Part shown: positions 8,924 through 17,467 of the stretch, piece by piece
How positions within the stretch are numbered: the stretch's first letter is position 1
Layout of the letters: each line of letters opens with the position of its first letter
Origin: Alphaproteobacteria bacterium
GTDB lineage: Bacteria > Pseudomonadota > Alphaproteobacteria > CALKHQ01
Reading direction: 5' to 3'
Assembly (NCBI GenBank): GCA_965227515.1
Contig: CBDDFZ010000001.1
Span: forward strand, 1,504,001 to 1,568,000
DNA: 64,000 bases
Made by a program: the position numbers and the translations under genes
Notes under the pieces: generated by a model
The model's input: the letters and a program-made list of their open reading frames with translations, nothing else
The model's database searches: none
What the model was told of the DNA's origin: nothing

Positions 8924-10282
8924 CTATGCGCACGTCAGGGCGAAGTTGCTCGACATCAGCCGGACGTAGGCAATCGGTGCATCAAGCGCGACCTTCAAGA
9001 ACTCGATAAGCGCATTGGCCGCTTTCTGGAATGTTTGAAATGCAGCCTGGCCGACCTTTGCCGCTTCCGTAAGTGCGACATCGCCGACTGACGGCGCCGT
9101 GCCGCCACCGGGCAGCGCGTTCGCAACCAACGCCTGCAGTACCGCGGCTGCTGACGTTCCGAATTGGGTGCCGGCGTCGAGCAACGACTGCAACAAATCG
9201 TTCAGCGCCTTCAAACCCGAAGGCCCGAGCAAACTGTCGAAGCCAGACCGCAACTCGTAGCGAAAGTCGACCTGGTGGTCGCCGGCACTGAGGGGCAACG
9301 ACATCGAAGCCTGCGACGAGTCGAGCGGACGGCTCTTGCACAACGGGTCGTTCAGGCGTTCCGGCGCCACCAGCAACGGCGCCTTGGCAGGTGCATTGCC
9401 GGGATTCGCCGGGTCGGCCGGCGCCGGTTGTGTGGCGGCCGGCTTCTTCAGGCGGGCGCGTTCCGCGGCATTGGGAACCGTGAGGTCGGGCTTCGATTCA
9501 CCATCGACCAACGCCTTGACCTTGAAATCGTAGAGCCCCTGGCCGGAGACAAACGCCTTCCACTGGTGCACGTGCTTGATCGTCACCGAGCCCGCGCTCG
9601 CCAAACTGAACGGCAGCGTTACGCGCCCGAACAGCACCGTTCGGTTGGGATCGCCGAAAATGATGTCCCTTATCCGATCGGACACGTTGCGGATCTGATT
9701 GACCAGCGCGACGCTTCCGCCAGTCGAGACGGTGGCAGCGGCACCGGTCACGATATTGGAAATCGTTGTGCTGATGTTCGACAACTCGGTGAAGGTCTCG
9801 ATCTTGGTATATGCAGACGCCTCGTCGACATTGGGCTGATACTCCTTGTCGGCAAGCTTGCCGGTCTCGGCGTAGCGCCACTCTATCCTGGGCGCCAGTT
9901 TCGGCCTTGGTGTGCCATCGCACTCCTTCGCGATCGGGCTGTTGTCCTTTTTGCGCAATGCCAGATCGCCGGACACCGTCGGCGGGCCATCGCAGCTGAG
10001 ACAGCCTGTCGGGTTGCCGCGACCGTCGCGGCCGATGCCATCGTCCGGCACCGGCACATCGCCGCCGCCAATACGCGGATCGTCTATGAAATTGCCGTCC
10101 GGGCAATGGTGAAAATCGCCTTTGCCGCGCCAACCGTCGAGAACGTCGCCGAGCCAGTGCAATGCGCCCTCGGGCCCGTCGAACTCCGGCGGGCTGATGA
10201 CCGGCGGCCGATGCGGTGACAAGTCAACGCGCTCCTTCACAGTCTGCGGTGGCAGTGTCGTTGTGGTCTGGTGGCCTTTCAT
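8924..10282 (-). CDS. hypothetical protein (452 aa)
   Basis: Long ORF with GGAG SD and its own terminator; no family recognised. Confidence 0.6.
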   Translation of the reverse strand: MKGHQTTTTLPPQTVKERVDLSPHRPPVISPPEFDGPEGALHWLGDVLDGWRGKGDFHHCPDGNFIDDPRIGGGDVPVPDDGIGRDGRGNPTGCLSCDGPPTVSGDLALRKKDNSPIAKECDGTPRPKLAPRIEWRYAETGKLADKEYQPNVDEASAYTKIETFTELSNISTTISNIVTGAAATVSTGGSVALVNQIRNVSDRIRDIIFGDPNRTVLFGRVTLPFSLASAGSVTIKHVHQWKAFVSGQGLYDFKVKALVDGESKPDLTVPNAAERARLKKPAATQPAPADPANPGNAPAKAPLLVAPERLNDPLCKSRPLDSSQASMSLPLSAGDHQVDFRYELRSGFDSLLGPSGLKALNDLLQSLLDAGTQFGTSAAAVLQALVANALPGGGTAPSVGDVALTEAAKVGQAAFQTFQKAANALIEFLKVALDAPIAYVRLMSSNFALTCA

Positions 10283-10496
10283 GATGATCTCCGTCGTCGG
10301 GGTGAAGACAAAGTCGGTGCAGACCCAAGACGCTAATGCCTCTGGCGGCGTCTTGATGGGCGACTTACCCTCGGCCCGGCGCGGTTGGATGCATGGCGAC
10401 TGTGACGTCAGTCACAAAGCGAGGCGTATTCCATAACGGGCGCGCTGACGTTAGGTTTTGACCCAACGAGAAAGCAGCCGTCATGGAGAGGGGAAC

Positions 10497-10841
10497 ATGG
10501 CCAACGGATCGTCGAACAAGCTGAGTATCGTCGCCCTGGTGGTGGGCATTGCCGGGCTGGTCGTCGGCATCGTCGCGTGGTTCTCGGCCAGCGGCATGGT
10601 TGAGGACCTGCGCGAGGAGATGGTCCACGAGGTCATGCAGGTGCAGGGCGCGGCGGCGATCAACGCCCAGACCCTGGAGTCCCTGGAAGGCCACGAGATC
10701 GCGCGGCTGCAGGAGCGTCTGGCTTTCCTGGAGGCCGTGGTCGAGGGCACGCCCGCCGCGCTGGAACGATTCCTCGATCAATGGCCCGACGGCGACATGG
10801 CCGCTGAGGCGCAATATCGGATCAATAATTGGGAGGGTTGA
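10497..10841 (+). CDS. small single-TM membrane protein
   Basis: GGAGAGGGG SD; hydrophobic N-terminal helix, a coiled segment and a C-terminal FLDQWPDGDMAAEA motif. Confidence 0.7.
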   Translation: MANGSSNKLSIVALVVGIAGLVVGIVAWFSASGMVEDLREEMVHEVMQVQGAAAINAQTLESLEGHEIARLQERLAFLEAVVEGTPAALERFLDQWPDGDMAAEAQYRINNWEG

Positions 10842-10870
10842 GTCTGGCTGACGAAATTGCCACGACGGAA

Positions 10871-11584
10871 CTAGTCAATATTTTCAGGAGTGCACCAGTA
10901 AAGTGCAATGTATGGTGGAATGTTTTTTTGGCCTACGCCGCGCTCGGTTTCGCCCAAAGTCGGCCCCGCAAAATATCTCACGGCTGACGGATCGCCTTCA
11001 GGCTCATTCTCACCGTCCGAATATCCAATCACAAAACTTCTTGCATCGTCATCGCGGACAAAAGCAGTAGGGGGTAAGTGTTCAACGGAAATGATGTCGT
11101 ATTGTTGGCCGCCATGATCTATTTGAGGGCCAGAGAGGCCCTGAACAATATTATACACAGGCAGCAAGTAGCCGTCCTCATCCCGATTGTTGTGCGCCCC
11201 GGCGCCAACAACAACTCTACCGCCTGCGGCGCCATAGTAGGCCCAGCCCACGGGACAACTCAAACTCGCAAATGCCACGACCGCACCTTCGGGCAGCTCG
11301 AACGAACCTGTCGGACCTGGGGGGCCGTCCAGACCCTTCTCACCTCGCGGTCCTCGCAGTTCGTCGAGGTGTTGATCTAATAGAAAATCGGAGATTTCCT
11401 CGACGGTCGGAGAAATACCCGGGGGCCCCTGCGGGCCATCTTTTCCCTGAGGGCCTTCCGGTCCTTCTTGTATATTGCTAAGCCTATATTCAATCGACGC
11501 CACCCAAATACCAACGCCGATGAGCGTGCCCGCAATCGAGATAATTGTTCCTGCGCTGGATAGCCAAGTATGTCCGTTTGCCAT
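10871..11584 (-). CDS. membrane-anchored collagen-like protein with phage tail-collar-like C-terminal domain
   Basis: N-terminal TM; Gly-X-Y runs GPEGPQGKDGPQGPPG and GPRGEKGLDGPPGPTG; LPEGAVVAF..CPVGW..GRVVVGAG and NIPPYIALYWC motifs typical of tail-collar/fibre domains. Confidence 0.72.
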   Translation of the reverse strand: MANGHTWLSSAGTIISIAGTLIGVGIWVASIEYRLSNIQEGPEGPQGKDGPQGPPGISPTVEEISDFLLDQHLDELRGPRGEKGLDGPPGPTGSFELPEGAVVAFASLSCPVGWAYYGAAGGRVVVGAGAHNNRDEDGYLLPVYNIVQGLSGPQIDHGGQQYDIISVEHLPPTAFVRDDDARSFVIGYSDGENEPEGDPSAVRYFAGPTLGETERGVGQKNIPPYIALYWCTPENID

Positions 11585-11707
11585 TTCTTGTGTCCTGTCG
11601 CGAAATCAGCAATTCAATAATCATGACAACAATTCGACATCAGTTTCTTGGCGGATGTCAACTCTATTGGCTGAGGTGGATTGCCGAGTCGGTGGAGGGG
11701 CAGCTTC

Positions 11708-11745
11708 AAAAAAAGACCCCGGCAGCTTTCACCGCCGGGGTTTCT
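11708..11745 (-). terminator. intrinsic terminator
   Basis: Minus strand reads ACCCCGGCGG-TGAAAG-CTGCCGGGGT followed by C and a 7-T run. Confidence 0.8.
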
Positions 11746-11990
11746 CCTGGAATTGCGCGGGGTCCGGCCCGTGGTGTTCGGAGGTTGCAGCCGCCCAGGG
11801 AGTTGGGACAATCCGAAGGGACCACGGGCCGGAAGCGCTTGACCGCCATGGTTTTGGTGTTGTGCGGCGGCCGCTGCCGCCCCATGCGCGGTTGTTGTTG
11901 CTATTGGTGCGCGGGGCGGCGGGTGTGGCGTCGGGAAAGGGAGCGACCAACCGACGCCGCGTGCGAAATCGCTGTTCTCAAATGGGCGGC
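11708..11990 (-). ncRNA. candidate structured small RNA
   Basis: Several hairpins with CUCCC loops, CA-rich linkers and a strong terminator; no convincing long ORF. 5' end unknown. Confidence 0.4.
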
Positions 11991-12031
11991 CTCCTTCGTG
12001 GTTGACGTTTCTGCGTGGTCAAGACCGGGTC

Positions 12032-12116
12032 AAATACGGGGACAGTTTACTTAATTCACTTGCTCGCGCGGCTCGGTGCGGGTGCGCCACGAATTAAGTA
12101 AACTGTCCCCGTATTT
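12032..12116. repeat. REPIN-like element family A (G[G/T]GACAGTTTACT arms)
   Basis: Perfect 26-bp inverted repeat AAATACGGGGACAGTTTACTTAATTC (12032-12057) / 12091-12116; related copy at 48736-48808. Confidence 0.85.
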
Positions 12117-12121
12117 ATTTC

Positions 12122-12940
12122 CTAGCGCCGGGTGACCACCACTTCCAGGTAAGGCGAGGGCACCACCATGGTCCCGTCCGATGCCTCGTTGTGGGCCGCG
12201 ATCAGGTCCAGCAGGTCGGTGGCGAGGCCCTGGCGGCCGGCGTCGTCCAGCGCGCCGAAAGCCTTGTGGGTCGGGCCGTAGAAGTCGCGGAAGATCTCCA
12301 GCCAGTGCTCGGGCGAGCGGTAGCGGAACACGAACGGCTTCTCGGTCGCCTGGATGTCGGCCGCATCTGCGCCGAACAGCTCCAGCAGGCGCGAGCGGGT
12401 GCCCCACAGCGCGGGCGATTGCAGGCCGGCCGGCGGCGGCACATAGCGGCCGATCACCTTGAAGAGCTGGCCGATGAAGCTGTCGGGCGTCCAGTTGGCG
12501 AGCCCGATCTTGCCGCCGGAGCGGCAGACCCGCAGCAGCTCGGCGGCGGCCTGGGCCTGGTTTGGCGCGAACATCACGCCGTAGGTGGAGGCGACCACGT
12601 CGAAGCTGGCGTCGGCGAACGGCAACGCCTCGGCGTCGGCGACCTTGAAGGTGACGTTCAGCTCGTCGGCCTCGGCGCGGGCCCGGCCGCGCTCCAGAAG
12701 GCTGCCGACATAGTCGGTGGAGACGACGTCGGTCCAGCGGCGGGCGGCGGCGAGGGTGAAGTTGCCGTTGCCGGCGGCGACGTCCAGCACCTGCTGGCCG
12801 GAGCGGAGGTCGAGCGCCTCGGCCAGGCTCTCGCCGACGATCTGCAAGGTGCAGCCGACGATGGCGTAGTTGCCGGAGGCCCAGGCCGCGTTCTGCTTGG
12901 CCTTGATCGCTGTGAAATCGGGTGCGCTGTCCAAAGGCAT
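12122..12940 (-). CDS. class I SAM-dependent methyltransferase
   Basis: VLDVAAGNG, ADAEALPFADASFDVV and YGVMFAP motifs; AAGGA SD before MPLDSAP. Confidence 0.92.
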   Translation of the reverse strand: MPLDSAPDFTAIKAKQNAAWASGNYAIVGCTLQIVGESLAEALDLRSGQQVLDVAAGNGNFTLAAARRWTDVVSTDYVGSLLERGRARAEADELNVTFKVADAEALPFADASFDVVASTYGVMFAPNQAQAAAELLRVCRSGGKIGLANWTPDSFIGQLFKVIGRYVPPPAGLQSPALWGTRSRLLELFGADAADIQATEKPFVFRYRSPEHWLEIFRDFYGPTHKAFGALDDAGRQGLATDLLDLIAAHNEASDGTMVVPSPYLEVVVTRR

Positions 12941-13146
12941 CGGTGTTTCCTTTCGTCTCGTGTGGCCGGCGGGGTGCCGGTGTTGCCGGGTGCCGTTCGC
13001 GTTCCAGCGAGTGGCGTGCGGTGTGTGACAAGAGATATGGCCGATGCCGGATGGGGATGCTTGAAGGGAACTTGGGGAAAATCTGCATATTTCATGCGAA
13101 TCCATGCAGAATGGGTGAGTTCCGGGTTGCAGCCCAGGGATTCGAG

Positions 13147-14751
13147 ATGATCTACGCCTTCGGTGACTTCGAGCTGGACACCGACCGCTTCGAGTTGCGC
13201 CATCGCGATCAGGCGCGGAAGGTCGAGCCGAAAGTCTTTTCGCTGTTGGAACTGCTGCTGGCCAATGCCAGCCGGGTGGTGACCAAAGGCGAGATCAATC
13301 AGGCGGTCTGGGGCGGGCGCGTGGTGTCGGAGGCCGCCGTCTCCAGCGCTGTGAAGGCGGCGCGCCAGGCGATCGGCGACGATGGCAAGGCGCAGGCCTT
13401 CATCCGCACTGTGCATGGCCGGGGCTTCCGCTTCGTCGCCGAAGTCGATGCGCACGACACCGCGTTCGCGGAGCCGGCGGTGCCGGCCGCCGCCGCGGCC
13501 CTTTCCATCGTGCCGGAGGCGCCGGGCGGCCTCGCTGGCGATGCAGACCCGGCCAACCGGGAATCGCGTCCGTCCATCGCCGTGCTGCCACTGCAGGTCA
13601 CCACGCCCGACGAGCGCTTCGGCGGGCTCGGCGATGCCATCTCGCACGAGGTGATCGTCGAGCTGTCGCGCCTGCACTGGCTGTTCGTCATCGCCCGCGG
13701 CTCGTCGTTCCGGTTCCGCGAGCCGGCGGTCGACTTCGGCCAAGTCGGCCGGGTGCTGGGCGCGCGCTACGTGCTGACCGGCACCATCGCCTTTCTGGGC
13801 ACCACCAGCATCGTCACGGTGGAACTGACGAACACAACCGACGGCAAGCTGGTGTGGGCCGACCGGTTCGACTGCCCGGTGGACGAACTGCTGCAACTGC
13901 GCACCACCATTGCCGGCCACATCGTCACCGCCATCGAGACCCGGATCCAGATGGCCGAGGCCGCACACGCCGCGCGCCTGCCGACCGAGAGCCTGGATGC
14001 CTGGTCCGCCTATCATCGCGGGCTGTGGCACGTGTACCGCTTCAACAAGCACGACAACGAGATCGCGTCGCGCATGTTCGACCGCGCACTCAGCGCCGAC
14101 CCCAATTTCGCGCGTGCCCATGCCGGCCTGTCGTTCACGCACATGCAGAATGTGCTGGTCGGCTACACCGACGATGTCGAGCACCAGCGCGACCAGACCC
14201 GCCGGTTCGCCGAGCGCAGCCTGGAACTGGACCCGATGGACCCGTTCGTCAACCTGACGATGGGGCGTTCGGCCTGGATCGGCGGCGATTTTGCCGGTGC
14301 CATGCCGTGGCTGGACCGCAGCATCGACCTGTCCCCGAACTATGCCTTCGCCCATTACAATCGCGGGCTGTTGGACGCGTTGCTGGGCGCCGGAGAGCGC
14401 AGCGAGGAGGGCGTGGCCAAGGCGCTGGCGCTGAGCCCGATCGACCCGCTGAACTACGCCATGCTGGCGACCCGCGCGCTGTCGCATTTCGTGCGCGGGG
14501 ATTTCGAGACTGCCGCCGACTGGGGGGCACAGTCGGTCCGCGCGCCGAACGCGCACGTGCATATCCACGTGATCGCGGCGATCGTGCTTGGGTTGGCCGG
14601 CCGAGAGGACGAGGCGGCGGCACGGGTGGCGCATGTCCGCCGGGAAGCGCGCGACTTCAGTTTCCCCGACTTCGAACGGTCGTTCCGCTTCAAGGACGAC
14701 ACGACGCTGGAGCTGGCGCGGCGCACGTGGTCGGCCTTGGCGGACTCATAG
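13147..14751 (+). CDS. winged-helix (OmpR/CadC-type) regulator with TolB-like and TPR domains
   Basis: YAFGDFELD..VEPKVFSLL..IRTVHGRGFRF, then RPSIAVLP..FVIARGSSF and TPR repeats; divergent from the methyltransferase. Confidence 0.9.
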   Translation: MIYAFGDFELDTDRFELRHRDQARKVEPKVFSLLELLLANASRVVTKGEINQAVWGGRVVSEAAVSSAVKAARQAIGDDGKAQAFIRTVHGRGFRFVAEVDAHDTAFAEPAVPAAAAALSIVPEAPGGLAGDADPANRESRPSIAVLPLQVTTPDERFGGLGDAISHEVIVELSRLHWLFVIARGSSFRFREPAVDFGQVGRVLGARYVLTGTIAFLGTTSIVTVELTNTTDGKLVWADRFDCPVDELLQLRTTIAGHIVTAIETRIQMAEAAHAARLPTESLDAWSAYHRGLWHVYRFNKHDNEIASRMFDRALSADPNFARAHAGLSFTHMQNVLVGYTDDVEHQRDQTRRFAERSLELDPMDPFVNLTMGRSAWIGGDFAGAMPWLDRSIDLSPNYAFAHYNRGLLDALLGAGERSEEGVAKALALSPIDPLNYAMLATRALSHFVRGDFETAADWGAQSVRAPNAHVHIHVIAAIVLGLAGREDEAAARVAHVRREARDFSFPDFERSFRFKDDTTLELARRTWSALADS

Positions 14752-14854
14752 AGCATCGGCGTAAGTCTGCGCTTGATTGAACCATCTCCCGCCCTGCTGC
14801 GACTGCCGAATAAGGCGACATTGTGTCAGCCGCAGGAAAGGGGAGAACCACATC

Positions 14855-15322
14855 ATGCGTACCGCCATTCACTGCCTTCGCACCCTCGATGTCCGCGCAC
14901 CTCTGCGCCTGACCGCGATTGCCGGGTTTGCCGCGCTTGCCCTTGCGCACGGCGCCCAGGCCGAGGATCGCACTCAACACGACATGCCGCGCGCGGCCAC
15001 CGCGTCCGTTCCGGTGATCACCGACCTTCAGGTCGTGCCGCACACCCTCCAAGAAACCGCGAGCCTGCCGAGCATGTCGGTGTCGCGCGGCAACGCTGGC
15101 CTGGACAGTCTGATCGACCAGGGCATGGGGCAATTCCCGACCCCGGTCGGGCAAACCGATCTGACGGCCGCCGATGCAGGCCCGCTTTTCGCCAAGACCG
15201 AGTACTTCTGCTCCAACGCCGAGGGCGAGTCCCTGCCGGCCAACGAGGATTCGATCTGTCCCGCCGGCTACATGAAGGTGTCGGTGACGACGTGCGAGGC
15301 CGACGAGCCGTGTGAACTCTGA
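14855..15322 (+). CDS. hypothetical secreted protein
   Basis: GGGGAG SD, signal peptide ending in AQA, Cys-rich C-terminus. Confidence 0.6.
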   Translation: MRTAIHCLRTLDVRAPLRLTAIAGFAALALAHGAQAEDRTQHDMPRAATASVPVITDLQVVPHTLQETASLPSMSVSRGNAGLDSLIDQGMGQFPTPVGQTDLTAADAGPLFAKTEYFCSNAEGESLPANEDSICPAGYMKVSVTTCEADEPCEL

Positions 15323-15499
15323 TTGTCGCTTGCCGCTGCCAAATGACAGATGCCAGGGCGTGGGCGCAGGGCCCGCGCCCTGCAATGGCGCCGCCAAGCG
15401 CGATGGTGTAGCTTTTCCGATCAACAGGCCATGACAACAAGCCGCCTGCCGCGCGTCGCGCGAGGCGGTGCTAGGCCGGACTGATCGGGAGGAATAGCC

Positions 15500-16360
15500 A
15501 TGGACATCGGTGAGCTGGCCGCGAAATTCCGCAGCACCGGCTATGTGGTGGTCGACCCGTTCTTCGACGAAGCCGAGGTCGCGGCCCTGCAGGCCGGCAT
15601 GCAGGAACTGATGGATGCCGGCAAGCTGCACAACGTCGCCACGGACATGGACCGCACGACCAGGCGCGACGACAAGGTCAACCTGCAGATCTGCCCGCTG
15701 TCGTATCACCACAAGTTCTTTGCCGCGCTGCCGTTCCATCCGAAGGTGCGCGAACTGGTGCCGGCCCTGCTTGGCGGGCCGTCCTACAAGTTCCTGGACC
15801 AGATCGTCTACAAGCCCGGCCGCGTCGGCGCCGGCACCAACTGGCACCAGGACAACTACTATTTCGGCTGCGACGATCCCTTTGTCGGGCTGGGCCTGTG
15901 GATCGCGATCCACGATGCCAACCGCCAGAACGGCACGTTCCGGGTGCTGCCGGGCTATTTCGACCGTCGCGTCGAGCACGTGCCGGACCCGGAGAGCGAC
16001 CACCATTACCGCATGTACGCCGCCGACGATGACACGCCTGACGTGCTGGAGGTGAAGGCCGGCGGCGTGATCGCGTTCTGCTTCAACGTGCCCCATGGCA
16101 CCGCGCGCAACGAGACCGACACGGACCGGGCGGGGCTCGCCTATCACTTCATGCGCACCGGCCATGTCGGTGCGTGGGTCGACGAGGAGCTCAATCCGCA
16201 CGCCGAATTCCCGCTCTACGCGGCGGAGGGCAAGGTCGGGGCGCCGATCCTGTCCGGCCCCGCCTACAGCCACGGCCAGCAGGAATACGACTGCGACATG
16301 GAGCAGGTGCTGGCCGACGAGATCGCACGGCTGTCGCGTGCCGGCGCCGTCGCTGCGTGA
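15500..16360 (+). CDS. PhyH-family Fe(II)/2-oxoglutarate dioxygenase
   Basis: WHQD (HxD), LWIAIHDA..NG, PHGT..N....R motifs. Confidence 0.9.
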   Translation: MDIGELAAKFRSTGYVVVDPFFDEAEVAALQAGMQELMDAGKLHNVATDMDRTTRRDDKVNLQICPLSYHHKFFAALPFHPKVRELVPALLGGPSYKFLDQIVYKPGRVGAGTNWHQDNYYFGCDDPFVGLGLWIAIHDANRQNGTFRVLPGYFDRRVEHVPDPESDHHYRMYAADDDTPDVLEVKAGGVIAFCFNVPHGTARNETDTDRAGLAYHFMRTGHVGAWVDEELNPHAEFPLYAAEGKVGAPILSGPAYSHGQQEYDCDMEQVLADEIARLSRAGAVAA

Positions 16361-16375
16361 TCGGGGGGACATAGC

Positions 16376-17314
16376 ATGTCACTGGCTGCCGAAGTCGATA
16401 TCGACCACGTCCGCACGCACCTGAACCAGCACGGCTACGCGGTGATCGAAAACCTGATCGACCGCGATACGGTCAAGGACCTGAAGGGCCGGGTCGACCG
16501 CATGCTGGCCCATGAGCGCGAGCATCCCTACGACCCCGGCGACGGGCCAGCGCTGCCCAGCGACGACGGCTATTGCTCGGAGTACGGGCCGTTCGTCGCC
16601 GACCGGGAGGAGAGCGAGCGGGTGAAGAAGCGCATCCGGGCCGACCGGGCGCGCGAGTTCAACACGCCATGGCCGGTGCCGCCGGACCAGGTGTGCATCA
16701 GCTTCTTCCACCTGCCGTCCATCTTCGACGAGGGGCGCTCCCAGCGCATCTTCAACCTGGCCAATAAGGACGCCGCCTTCGCGCCGCTGATCGAGCACCC
16801 GGCGATCATGAACCTGGTCGATGCCGAACTGGGCCGCGACGCGGTGCTGCTGGACGTCAGCATCAACAATGTCGGTGCGCATACAGACAGCGGCGGCTGG
16901 CACTTGGACTCGCCGATATCGTTCATGGAGGAGCCGCTGCCCGACTTCACGCTGGCGATCCAGACGGTGTGGATGCTGGACGATTTCACTGAGGCCAACG
17001 GGTCGACCCACGTGGTCGCCGGAAGCCACCTGACCCGCAAGCGTGCGCCGGTGGGCAACGAGAAGATGGAGACCGAGGTGGTGCTGAAAGGTCCGGCCGG
17101 CAGCCTCGCGATCTGGCTGTCGCAGACCTGGCACCGCCATGGCGGCAACTGCACCGACACCGCGCGCACCGGCATGATCGTGCAGTATGGCCGCGCCTGG
17201 GTGAAGCCGTTCGTCGACCTGCGAACCCCGCTGACGCCGGAGTACGCCGCCAAGCTGTCGCCGCGCCTGCGCTACATGATGGGCTGCAACGCCAACGCCC
17301 CGGTCAGGGGGTAG
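16376..17314 (+). CDS. PhyH-family Fe(II)/2-oxoglutarate dioxygenase
   Basis: WHLD, WMLDDFTEANGSTHVVAGSH, TWHRHGGN...R motifs. Confidence 0.9.
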   Translation: MSLAAEVDIDHVRTHLNQHGYAVIENLIDRDTVKDLKGRVDRMLAHEREHPYDPGDGPALPSDDGYCSEYGPFVADREESERVKKRIRADRAREFNTPWPVPPDQVCISFFHLPSIFDEGRSQRIFNLANKDAAFAPLIEHPAIMNLVDAELGRDAVLLDVSINNVGAHTDSGGWHLDSPISFMEEPLPDFTLAIQTVWMLDDFTEANGSTHVVAGSHLTRKRAPVGNEKMETEVVLKGPAGSLAIWLSQTWHRHGGNCTDTARTGMIVQYGRAWVKPFVDLRTPLTPEYAAKLSPRLRYMMGCNANAPVRG

Positions 17315-17338
17315 TGGTCCGTGCAACGCACCTTCTTC

Positions 17339-17420
17339 GTAGCCCGGATGAAGTGAAACGAAATCCGGGGTTGTCGGCAGCCAAATGGCCCCGGATTGCG
17401 CTGCGCTCCATCCGGGCTAC
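17339..17420. repeat. REPIN family B (GTAG-type REP pair)
   Basis: GTAGCCCGGATG..AATCCGGG and inverted CCCGGATTGCGCTGCGCTCCATCCGGGCTAC. Confidence 0.88.
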
Positions 17421-17467
17421 GTGCTCCGCGCCACACGTCTCGCAATGACGAACAGGAACAACGAAAC

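Noticed and set aside
10871-11584. Prophage remnant
   Set aside because: No integrase, capsid, terminase or other tail genes are nearby; only one tail-collar-like domain.
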